From Candidatus Krumholzibacteriota bacterium (GTDB lineage Bacteria; Krumholzibacteriota; Krumholzibacteriia; JAJRXK01), in assembly GCA_963727455.1 (NCBI GenBank), contig CAVSGG010000005.1:192001-256000 (forward strand): a DNA stretch of 64,000 nt, in the 5' to 3' direction. This document shows, piece after piece, positions 10,205 through 19,149 of this stretch (its first letter is position 1; each line of letters starts with the position of its first letter). The notes under the pieces were generated by a model that saw only the letters and a list, made by a program, of their open reading frames with translations, did not search any database and was not told the DNA's origin. A program made the translations under genes and the position numbers.

Positions 10205-12823
10205 TTGCTGAACCGTGCTCTGAAGAGGCCCAATACCTACGTGGCCTTCGCCCTTTTTGCCTTGAGCTTCGGGGTCTACGCGGCGACGACTTCGAGGAGT
10301 ATTTCCTTCTGGGACTGCGGCGAGTTCGTTGCCACCGCCTACGGGCTGGGGATTCCTCACCAGCCCGGAACCCCGCTCTACGTACTGGTGGCGCACATCT
10401 TCTCGCTTCTGCCGCTGGGACTGCCGATAGCGCTCAAAGTAAACTTGATGAGTGGCTTCTTCGCGGCGCTCGCAGTCGTGTTCACCTATTTGACTGCGGT
10501 ACGTCTCCAAGAGGGTTGGGAGGAAGAGCTCGAAGATCCGAGTCCGCAGTGGCTGGTGCGGATGGGGGCGGCGATGGGCGCCATTTTCCTCGCCTTCTCC
10601 ACCACTTTCTGGAACAACGCCATCGAGGCCGAAGTCTACAGCCTCGCCGCCTTCGTGTTGGCGCTCACCGGATACATGATGGTCCGCTGGTACGAGCAGC
10701 GGAAGGTCCTTGCATCCTCGACCTTCTTCTTGCTCGTGGTGTACGTGATGGGGCTATCTGTCGGATTCCATTTGGGTTCAGTGCTCGTCTATCCAGGCCT
10801 TTTCGTCGTCGCGCTTCTCTCGCGGGACAAGGCTCTCGATGACAAGGATCTCCTTCTGGTTTCCTTCACCATGGGGGTCTTCGTTCTCTCCACTATGGTG
10901 AAGAGCAACATCTTCTTCAGCATGCTCTACTTCATTTTGATTGGGCTTGCGTTGTGGCGCCTGCTCGTTCCCAATGGATCGGGCTTCGCCCTGGCAGGGA
11001 TTGCCCTCTTCTTCCTGGGGCTCTCGGTCCACGTCTTCATGCTCATACGATCCACGCAATCACCATTCATCAATCAGAGTGTGCCGGACACCTTCGGCCG
11101 CTTGATGATGGTGATTCGCCGCGAACAGTACCCTCCGCGGGTACCCTGGCACCGTGAAGCGCCCATCCTGTGGCAGATTGGTCATTTTCTGGGGACAAGC
11201 GTGTGGGACGGTGATTCCGCCCTCGCCGGCCGCCGGGTGATCGGCTTCCTGCAGCAATTTACCTTCCTGCCCCGTCCGGGCTTCCTCGACACCTTCGTGC
11301 CGATTTCTCTCGGGCTCTACGGCATCCTCAATCAGTTCCGGGGAAACCGAAAGTTGGCCTGGAGCTTCTTGACGGTGTTTCTCATCAACTCGCTGGGCCT
11401 GATCATCATTTTGAACTTCACGGACCATGAAGTTCGCGACCGCGACTATTTTTACTTTGGCGCGTTTCAGTTCTGGGCACTCTTCATGGCTCTGGGAGCC
11501 GGCGGATTTCTGAGGTCGATCTGGTTGGGGATGCGCGAGAAATTTGCTTCGCCGCGCCTGCTCATGGCGGGAGGCGGTATATTGATCGTGATCGCTCTTC
11601 TGCCGGTGTTGGTACCTCACCATCCCAAGTACTTCGAGCACGACCGGAGTCAAGATTACATTCCACGTGATTACGGTTGGAACATGCTGACGAGCCTCCC
11701 CAAGAACAGCATTCTCTTCACTAATGGAGACAACGATACCTTCCCTCTGTGGTATCTGCAGGGAGTGGAGAAGTTTCGCACCGACGTGCGGGTGGTGAAT
11801 CTGAGCCTCATCAACGTCCCGTGGTACATCAAGCAGCTCAGGGATGTGCCTCCGAAGTGCCCCATCTCCTGGACCGATGCCCAGATCGACGGCAAGGAAC
11901 CCATCGAGCACAAGGGCGTACGCACCAAGCTCGAGGCGCAGATGCTTCCCGACAAGACGGTACTGTGGATCCGCGACATGGTGGTTTGGCATATCATCGA
12001 GCAGAACCGCTGGCGACGTCCCATCTATTTCGCGGTCACGATTCCGCCGGAGTACATCTCCGACTACAACCCCTACTTCAGCATGGAGGGGCTGGTCTAT
12101 CGGCTGACGCGGACGCGGAGCAAAGACGGACGCTCCAAGATCGACGCGGACAAGATCATGGAGAACTTCACCAAGAACTACGATATGGCCGGAATCTGGA
12201 AGCCCTATTCTCCCGATTCCGAGGTTCAGCCCCGACTCGGCGAGAAGCTTCCCTTCGTGCGCGATGACTCCTTCTACAAGGACTTCAACACGGCCCATCT
12301 GGCCAGGAATTACCCGGCCGCTCTGTGTCGGGTGGCCTACGAGCGCATCACGGGGGGGGAGGAGGACAAGGGTATCCTGGCCCTCCGTTTGGCCTTCGAG
12401 TTGGATCCGACCTTCCCCTTCCTCGTAGACCTGATTCCAACCGCTTTCATTCAGTCCCATTACCCCGACGAGGCGGTGAAGATCGCGGAGTACTATCTCG
12501 ACCACTTGCCGGATCCTCGCGCGATGGCTGTCGACATGGGGCGCAATCTCCTCTCCGCCGGATATCGGGACAAGGCGTCGGCATGGGCCGATACGCTTCT
12601 GAAGCGGTATCCCGACGAGAGAGCCTACGTGCGCATGAAAGTGCGCGTGCTCTGGGACGAGGGGAAACGATCCGCAGCCATCGATCTGCTCCAGTCTTTC
12701 GTTCAGCGTACGGGCGATTCCGAATCTCGGGTGGATCTAGAAGCGATGCGTAAGCACCTGAACGATGCACCTGCGGTTGAGAACGACAGCTCGGAAGTTG
12801 AGACTCCGAAGGAGAAGGAGTGA
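10205..12823 (+). CDS. DUF2723 / TMEM260-like GT-C membrane glycosyltransferase with helical C-terminus
   Basis: FWDCGEF...HQPGTPLY, AIEAEVY, RDRDYFY, FTNGDNDTFPLWY motifs; many TM helices; soluble helical TPR-like tail. Confidence 0.88.
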   Translation: MLNRALKRPNTYVAFALFALSFGVYAATTSRSISFWDCGEFVATAYGLGIPHQPGTPLYVLVAHIFSLLPLGLPIALKVNLMSGFFAALAVVFTYLTAVRLQEGWEEELEDPSPQWLVRMGAAMGAIFLAFSTTFWNNAIEAEVYSLAAFVLALTGYMMVRWYEQRKVLASSTFFLLVVYVMGLSVGFHLGSVLVYPGLFVVALLSRDKALDDKDLLLVSFTMGVFVLSTMVKSNIFFSMLYFILIGLALWRLLVPNGSGFALAGIALFFLGLSVHVFMLIRSTQSPFINQSVPDTFGRLMMVIRREQYPPRVPWHREAPILWQIGHFLGTSVWDGDSALAGRRVIGFLQQFTFLPRPGFLDTFVPISLGLYGILNQFRGNRKLAWSFLTVFLINSLGLIIILNFTDHEVRDRDYFYFGAFQFWALFMALGAGGFLRSIWLGMREKFASPRLLMAGGGILIVIALLPVLVPHHPKYFEHDRSQDYIPRDYGWNMLTSLPKNSILFTNGDNDTFPLWYLQGVEKFRTDVRVVNLSLINVPWYIKQLRDVPPKCPISWTDAQIDGKEPIEHKGVRTKLEAQMLPDKTVLWIRDMVVWHIIEQNRWRRPIYFAVTIPPEYISDYNPYFSMEGLVYRLTRTRSKDGRSKIDADKIMENFTKNYDMAGIWKPYSPDSEVQPRLGEKLPFVRDDSFYKDFNTAHLARNYPAALCRVAYERITGGEEDKGILALRLAFELDPTFPFLVDLIPTAFIQSHYPDEAVKIAEYYLDHLPDPRAMAVDMGRNLLSAGYRDKASAWADTLLKRYPDERAYVRMKVRVLWDEGKRSAAIDLLQSFVQRTGDSESRVDLEAMRKHLNDAPAVENDSSEVETPKEKE

Positions 12824-13830
12824 GTTTCGATCCGCTCTCCTACTGGGCCACGCCGCGGCGTGTCCTGGTCACCGGTTGCGCCGGTTTCTTGGGCAGCAGT
12901 CTGGTAGATACTCTGGTGGAACAGGGGCATCGCGTGGTGGGCGTCGATTCCTTCAGCGACTACTACGCCCCGGCGCTCAAACGCGAGAATCTCAACCAGG
13001 CGCTGCAGGCGAGCAACTTCCAATTGGTCGAAGGTGATCTCAACGAGTTGGACCTGGTGGAGCTCGTGCGCGAGAAAGAGGTCGTGTTTCATCTCGCGGC
13101 GCAGGCCGGAGTGCGCGCTTCCTGGGGGAGGGAGTTCGATCTCTATCTGAGGGCGAACGTGCGTGCGACGCAGCTCCTGCTCGAAGCTCTCATTTCCAGT
13201 CTACAGCAGGGGGCAGGCTTACGACGTCTAGTCTACTCGTCCTCCTCGTCCATATACGGAAATCAGGAGCACTACCCGGTCAAAGAGAACGCCGACAAGC
13301 ACCCTTTCAGTCCCTACGGGGTCACCAAACTGGCCGCTGAGCACTTGTGCGAACTCTACGCGACCAACCATGGTCTTCCCTGTTCGTCACTACGTTATTT
13401 CACGGTTTACGGCCCGCGGCAACGTCCCGACATGGCCTTCCGGAAGTTCTTGCACGCGAGCGAGAAGGGCGAGCCATGGGTGATCTATGGCGACGGACAG
13501 CAGAGCCGTGATTTCACCTACGTGGAAGATGTGGTTCAAGCCAATCTGCTCGCCGGCGCGGAGGAGAGACCGTACGCCGCGTACAACATCGGAGGGGGGA
13601 CCCGCCAAGATCTTCTGTCGGTTCTGAAGATCCTCGCGGAGAAGGTGCAAGAGCACGGGATTTCGGCTACGGTGAAAATCGAACACGCCGCGCCGGTTAA
13701 AGGGGACGTCCGCCACACCGGCGCGGACGGTGTCAGGGCGCGAGACCAACTGAAGTTTTCGCCCCGGATTCCCCTGGAAGAGGGGCTCGAACGTATGGTG
13801 GGCTGGTACGCCCAGAGGGTGCAGGCATGA
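12820..13830 (+). CDS. NAD-dependent nucleotide-sugar epimerase (UDP-glucuronate 4-epimerase-like)
   Basis: TGCAGFLG, HLAAQAGVR, SSSSIYG, YGVTK, YGPRQRPDMA. Confidence 0.92.
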   Translation: MSFDPLSYWATPRRVLVTGCAGFLGSSLVDTLVEQGHRVVGVDSFSDYYAPALKRENLNQALQASNFQLVEGDLNELDLVELVREKEVVFHLAAQAGVRASWGREFDLYLRANVRATQLLLEALISSLQQGAGLRRLVYSSSSSIYGNQEHYPVKENADKHPFSPYGVTKLAAEHLCELYATNHGLPCSSLRYFTVYGPRQRPDMAFRKFLHASEKGEPWVIYGDGQQSRDFTYVEDVVQANLLAGAEERPYAAYNIGGGTRQDLLSVLKILAEKVQEHGISATVKIEHAAPVKGDVRHTGADGVRARDQLKFSPRIPLEEGLERMVGWYAQRVQA

Positions 13831-14843
13831 GCCAATCTGGAGTCGAAGCAGGTATGGCCCAGACTCAGGGCAACGATATGATCCTCGAGGGGGCCCGTCG
13901 GGCGCTGGCAGGATCGGGCGAAGTCGATCTGACGATCCTCATCCCGGCCTATGACGAAGCGGAGAGCTTGCCTACGCTCATCGAGCAGGTGACAGCGGTC
14001 GTAGCCCCGATCACCTCCTCCTGGGAGATTCTGGTAGTGGACGACGGGAGTGAGGATGAGACGCTTGAGGTCCTGAGTGCAATGTCCAGCGACATCCCCC
14101 AGCTGCACCACGTCTCCTTTCGGCGCAACTACGGAAAGTCAGCCGCCCTCTCGGTGGGGTTCAAACGCTCGCGAGGGTCGATCGTGATCACCATGGATGC
14201 CGACCTGCAGGACGATCCGCAGGAAATTCCGCGCCTCTTGGCCGCATTGGCCGAGGGCTATGATCTCGTGAGCGGCTGGAAGCAAGATCGCAAGGATCCT
14301 TTCGTCAAGACCTCGACCTCGAAGCTCTTCAATTTCGTAACTTCGTTGGTGAGCGGACTCAAACTTCATGATTTCAACTGCGGCTTCAAGGCTTACCGCT
14401 GTCAGCTTACTCGCTCGCTCAAGGTATACGGCGAACTGCATCGCTACCTGCCGGTGATGGCCCACATCCAGGGTTTCCTCGTGGCAGAAGTCCCGGTCCG
14501 GCACCACGCGCGCAAACACGGAGTCACCAAGTTCGGGCGCGAACGTTTTCTCAATGGAGTCTTCGACCTACTCACCGTTCTCTTTCTGAGCCGCAGAAAG
14601 ACCTCTCCTCTGCACTTTTTCGGTCGGGTCGGACTCCTGTTCTTTGCCGGCGGACTTCTCATCTGCGGGTACTTCTTGATCACCTGGATCTTGGGCGCGG
14701 GACTTCATTTGCGCCCCCTCATGCTCCTGGGGATCGCCTTCATTCTCGTCTCCATGCAGTTCTTCAGCTTGGGTCTTTTGGCTGAACTTCTGGTTTCCTC
14801 CCGCGACGAAAGCGAGAGCTATCAGATTCGCTCCGAGGGCTGA
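13827..14843 (+). CDS. GT2 polyprenol-phosphate glycosyltransferase (ArnC/GtrB-like)
   Basis: VDDGS, RNYGKSAA, MDADLQDDP, DFNCGFKAY; two C-terminal TM helices. Confidence 0.9.
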   Translation: MSQSGVEAGMAQTQGNDMILEGARRALAGSGEVDLTILIPAYDEAESLPTLIEQVTAVVAPITSSWEILVVDDGSEDETLEVLSAMSSDIPQLHHVSFRRNYGKSAALSVGFKRSRGSIVITMDADLQDDPQEIPRLLAALAEGYDLVSGWKQDRKDPFVKTSTSKLFNFVTSLVSGLKLHDFNCGFKAYRCQLTRSLKVYGELHRYLPVMAHIQGFLVAEVPVRHHARKHGVTKFGRERFLNGVFDLLTVLFLSRRKTSPLHFFGRVGLLFFAGGLLICGYFLITWILGAGLHLRPLMLLGIAFILVSMQFFSLGLLAELLVSSRDESESYQIRSEG

Positions 14844-14846
14844 GAC

Positions 14847-15776
14847 GTGATTTCGAATCCACCCCGCCTCGGAGTGGTCGTTCTGAATTGGAACGGTCTC
14901 GATCACCTGCGGGAACTGCTTCCTTCGCTCTACGCCTCCGAGTATCCCGAGTTCTTCGTGTTGGTGGTCGACAACGGATCCGGCGACGCGAGCGTGGAGT
15001 GGGTGCGGCGCGAATTTCCTGCGACCGAGCTTCTTGCCCTGGAAGAAAATCGTCGCTTCTCCGGAGGCAACAATGCGGGAGCAGCCCGCGCCCTGGAGCT
15101 TGGCGCAGAGGTAGTGCTTCTCTTGAACAACGATACGACAGTCGCTCCCGACTGCCTGCACTGGCTGGCGCGGGCCTTTCAAGAGGATGCCGAACTGGGA
15201 GTCGCCGGTCCGCGGATCTGTTACTATGACGAGCCCGAGCGCATCTGGTATGGAGGGGGGAGGATCGTGCGTCCTCTCGGATTCGTTTCCCACCGCGCCA
15301 TTCGACGCGGAGTAAAAGAAGGCGTCGATCTCAAAGGAGAGACCGACTGGGTGAGCGGGTGCGCGTTGGCGGTTCGAAAGGAGGTCTGGACTTCGCTGGG
15401 TGGCCTCGATGAGGGCTACTACATCTACGCGGAGGACGTCGACTTCTGTCTCCGCGCCACCGATCTCGGGACGAAAATCCTCTACGAGCCGAGGGCGCTC
15501 GTTCTGCACAAGGTGAGTGCTTCGGTGGGGGGGGACAGCTCCGCGTTCAAGAGCTATCACAAGAGTCGGGCCGGGCTTCGCCTCTTCCGGCGCCACAATT
15601 CGGGATTGGCCCTTCTCTCGGCATACTGCGGGCTCGCGACTCATGACCTTGCTGCCATCGCGTGGTCTCTCCTTAGGGGCAAAGTTCGCGCGGCGGCGGC
15701 GATCGTGCGGGCCTGGATCGATGCGATGTCCGGGCACCGGAGTTTCCAAGTGGGAGACGCTCTACCGAAGGAATGA
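14847..15776 (+). CDS. GT2 glycosyltransferase
   Basis: VVLNWNG, VDNGS, LLNND, SGCAL, YAEDVD. Confidence 0.9.
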   Translation: MISNPPRLGVVVLNWNGLDHLRELLPSLYASEYPEFFVLVVDNGSGDASVEWVRREFPATELLALEENRRFSGGNNAGAARALELGAEVVLLLNNDTTVAPDCLHWLARAFQEDAELGVAGPRICYYDEPERIWYGGGRIVRPLGFVSHRAIRRGVKEGVDLKGETDWVSGCALAVRKEVWTSLGGLDEGYYIYAEDVDFCLRATDLGTKILYEPRALVLHKVSASVGGDSSAFKSYHKSRAGLRLFRRHNSGLALLSAYCGLATHDLAAIAWSLLRGKVRAAAAIVRAWIDAMSGHRSFQVGDALPKE

Positions 15777-18286
15777 GTATGAGCAGACGCAAAGCCACGT
15801 TCGGAATCTGGCTCCTGGTCTTCCTCGTCTTGCTGTCGGCGAGTGCGGTCCTGCATCCCGAGCAATATGCGGGCAAGATCTACGCGAGCAGCGACGCGCG
15901 AGCGGTTCAAGCATTCAAGATCGTGGGGGATCGAATGCTGGCCCAGGGAGTTTATCCACTCTGGAATCCCTATGTGTTTCTGGGGATGCCCTCCTATGCG
16001 AGCCTTGCCTATACGCCGGGAGTCTATCCGCTGGAACGGCCGGTCGATGAACTCAAGCACTTGTTCCATCTGCCCCCAATGACCTGGCTCCTGCTGCATC
16101 TTCTCATATTGGGGTTGGGAACCTGCGGCTATCTTCGCTGGCGCGGACAGTCGTGGATGGCCTCGGTGTTCGCCGGTGCGGCGGTCATGGCATTTCCCAA
16201 ACTGGTTGCCTGGTGCGTCTATGGACATGGCACCAAGGTGCTCAGCGTTGCCTGGTTGCCCTGGGTTCTGTGGATGCTCGAGGGAGTCTTGCGGCGAGGA
16301 CAGGCCAAGTGGGCGGTTGCGCTGGCGGCGCTCTTGGGAGTGCTTCTTCTGCGCGCTCACGTTCAGTTGACCTACTACACGGCCATGGCCGGTTTCTTCT
16401 GGTTCTGCGCCTTTGGAATTCCTCTGTGGAAAGAGGAGGGGGGACACAGGCGGCTTGCAATTCGCAGCGCGTGGATTTTCGGTGCATGCGTGCTGGCACT
16501 TCTCTTGGCCACCGAGCTCTACCTCCCGGTACTGAGTTACCAAGCGTACAGTATCCGCGGCGCCGCGAGTACGGGCGCTGGAGTGAGTTTCGCCTACGCC
16601 ACCAGTTGGAGTCTGGGAGCGAGCGGGATTCCCACCTTGTGGTGGCCCACTGCGGTCGGCTACGGAAAGATCTCGTACGTGGGGAGTATGCCGTTTACCG
16701 ATTACCCCAACTATGTGGGACTGCCGGTTCTGATTTTGGCAATTCTGGCGCTGGTTCTCCGCCGTGATCGCTGGACTTGGATGCTCGCCGCGCTCGCCTT
16801 CTTCGCGACGCTCGTGGCGATGGGCAATCACGGATTTCTCTATCGTTTGCTCTACGAGACACTGCCCGCTTTCAAGAAGTTCCGCGTTCCGGTGATGATC
16901 CTGATTCTGCAGGAGTTTTCCCTGATTCTACTGGCGGCCGCGGGAATCGACGAACTCACCTCGCACCTCAAGAAGGAGAACCGACCGGCCTGGCTCACGG
17001 GCGCGGTTGCTCTGCCGCTCTTGGGTCTTGCCCTCGTGCTCTTGATCCTGGGCACCTTCGGCTTCGATTATCTGCGTGAACAGTCGATCAACCACTGGCT
17101 CTCGCTACGCGCCCGCGTTCCCGTCGCTGCCTTGGACGCCGCGGCAAAGCTGGCGCGAGCTGATGCGTTGAGGATCGGCGCCATTTTCCTGCTCTCCTTG
17201 GCGGGAGCGCTGGCGTTCATTCGGGGCAGGATCTCGCGCCCGGTCCTGGCTGGTTTGCTGGGGTTCCTGGTTTTCGTCGACCTCTACGGCGTGACTCGAC
17301 CCATTGTGCACCCGGAACGCTACCTGAAAGATGTCGATCGCAACGAGCAGGGCCGTGCGGTCGTCGTTGATGCCCAGTCCATGATTCGCAAGCAGAGCTT
17401 CGTTCACTCCTACGTCGCGAGTAATGGCGCCCTCGACTTCATAAAGGAGCAGGGTTCCTTCCCCAGAGTATGGCCCCTGGGCCAGTATCAAATGGAGAAC
17501 CTCTATGCGGCGCAGGGCATCGTGAGCCTGGCGGGCTACCACGCGGCCAAACTCAGGACTTACGAGGAGATCAGAACGCACCTGTATCCGCCGAAGGGAC
17601 TACCCTCCCTGAAACTGGTCGATCTCTTGGCCGCAGATTGGGTCCACGTACCCAACGCTCTGCCGGAGCCAACGGTGCGGGGCTTGGCGCAGCAGGGACT
17701 CTCGCTGGTGCAGATGTACGAAGGAGATGGCGGGGTCGTGTATCACAACGAAAGTGCAGGGCCGCGAGCTTGGATCGTGGATCGGTTTCAACTGGAACAG
17801 ACGGGTAGGAACACGAGCCGCGCCGAGCCTGATACCACGGTACTGGACCGCGTTCTCGCTCCCAACTTCGACCCGGCTACCGAGGTCATCCTCTCCCAGG
17901 TCCCCAGTCCGGCACCTGAGGCGGGTGGCAGCGGGGAAGTGAGGCGCCTCGAAGAGAATCCGCAGCGCATCGTGTTCGAGGCGAAATGTGACCGTCCATC
18001 CGTCGCGGTTTTTGCAGACGTCTACTATCCGGACTGGGAGGCGAGAATCGATGGGAAGCCAGCCACCGTACTCCGCGCCGATTACGCTCTCCGAGCGCTC
18101 GCGCTTCCGTCTGGTGATCATCGGGTCGAGTTTTTCTACCGCGATGGGGCCTTTCGCACTGGGCGCCTCTTGCACCGCATTGCCTTGGTCATCCTCATTC
18201 TGGCTGCACTCGCGTTGCTGGTTCGCGCGTTGAGATCTTCCTCTTCGCGTGGCCCGGTCAATTCCGCAGGCGAAGTGAAGGCGTGA
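15773..18286 (+). CDS. YfhO-family GT-C-type membrane protein
   Basis: PLWNPYVFLGMP, FKKFRVP, C-terminal YYPDWEARIDG...LPSGDHRVEF; many TM helices. Confidence 0.85.
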   Translation: MSMSRRKATFGIWLLVFLVLLSASAVLHPEQYAGKIYASSDARAVQAFKIVGDRMLAQGVYPLWNPYVFLGMPSYASLAYTPGVYPLERPVDELKHLFHLPPMTWLLLHLLILGLGTCGYLRWRGQSWMASVFAGAAVMAFPKLVAWCVYGHGTKVLSVAWLPWVLWMLEGVLRRGQAKWAVALAALLGVLLLRAHVQLTYYTAMAGFFWFCAFGIPLWKEEGGHRRLAIRSAWIFGACVLALLLATELYLPVLSYQAYSIRGAASTGAGVSFAYATSWSLGASGIPTLWWPTAVGYGKISYVGSMPFTDYPNYVGLPVLILAILALVLRRDRWTWMLAALAFFATLVAMGNHGFLYRLLYETLPAFKKFRVPVMILILQEFSLILLAAAGIDELTSHLKKENRPAWLTGAVALPLLGLALVLLILGTFGFDYLREQSINHWLSLRARVPVAALDAAAKLARADALRIGAIFLLSLAGALAFIRGRISRPVLAGLLGFLVFVDLYGVTRPIVHPERYLKDVDRNEQGRAVVVDAQSMIRKQSFVHSYVASNGALDFIKEQGSFPRVWPLGQYQMENLYAAQGIVSLAGYHAAKLRTYEEIRTHLYPPKGLPSLKLVDLLAADWVHVPNALPEPTVRGLAQQGLSLVQMYEGDGGVVYHNESAGPRAWIVDRFQLEQTGRNTSRAEPDTTVLDRVLAPNFDPATEVILSQVPSPAPEAGGSGEVRRLEENPQRIVFEAKCDRPSVAVFADVYYPDWEARIDGKPATVLRADYALRALALPSGDHRVEFFYRDGAFRTGRLLHRIALVILILAALALLVRALRSSSSRGPVNSAGEVKA

Positions 18287-18435
18287 TGGCAGCGAAATGG
18301 GGTATACTCGGCGCATTGAGCGGTGAATTTCGATGATTGCCAGCCGCAGCGACCCCGACTAGGCTGGCACTGCAAAAGCACCTCTCAGTCCACGGTCACG
18401 CTGGTCCCTGAGTTCGTGAGGAGCGCTAGAAGCGA

Positions 18436-19149
18436 ATGAAAGCTCTGATCGTGATTCCCACCTATAACGAGCGGCACAATATCGGGCGTATCATTCCGGA
18501 GATCTTGAAACAGGATCCGGGAATCGAGGTCCTGGTCGTGGATGACAGCAGTCCCGATGGCACCGGCGCGGTCGTCACGCAGATGATGGAGAGCGAATCG
18601 CGCATCCATCTCATCGAACGCGAAGGAAAGCAGGGCTTGGGCACGGCGTACTTGGCTGGCTTCAAGTGGGCACTGGCGGAGACGGACGCGGAGTACATCT
18701 TCGAGATGGATGCCGATTTTTCGCATGATCCCGCCGCGATTCCCAGCTTCCTGGAGACGATTCAGCACTGTGATCTGGTGATCGGGAGTCGTTATGTGAA
18801 TGGAATCACGGTCATGAACTGGCCGCTCTCCCGGCTCTTCCTTTCGGTTTTCGCCAACTACTATGCAGCCGCGGTCACCGGCCTGCCGCTAAAGGATTGT
18901 ACGGGTGGCTTCAAGTGCTTCCGGAGACGCACGCTGCAGAGCTTGCCCCTGAGTCGGGTTCACAGCGACGGATACGGCTTCCAGATCGAATTGAACTATC
19001 ACGCGTGGAGACGTGGATTTCAAATTCGAGAGATCCCCATCGTCTTCACCGATCGCATCGTGGGAGAGAGCAAGATGTCCAGGCGAATCATCTGGGAGGC
19101 AGCTTGGGTCGTTTGGCGTCTGCGCTTCTTCTCCGCTTCCAGCGAATGA
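18436..19149 (+). CDS. Polyprenol-phosphate mannose synthase (DPM1/Ppm1-like GT2)
   Basis: IPTYNE, DDSSPDGT, GLGTAY, MDADFSH, GYGFQIE, GESKMS. Confidence 0.9.
   Translation: MKALIVIPTYNERHNIGRIIPEILKQDPGIEVLVVDDSSPDGTGAVVTQMMESESRIHLIEREGKQGLGTAYLAGFKWALAETDAEYIFEMDADFSHDPAAIPSFLETIQHCDLVIGSRYVNGITVMNWPLSRLFLSVFANYYAAAVTGLPLKDCTGGFKCFRRRTLQSLPLSRVHSDGYGFQIELNYHAWRRGFQIREIPIVFTDRIVGESKMSRRIIWEAAWVVWRLRFFSASSE

Noticed and set aside
18390-18435. 6S or SRP RNA in the intergenic gap
   Set aside because: Too short and lacks the SRP core or a long 6S duplex.
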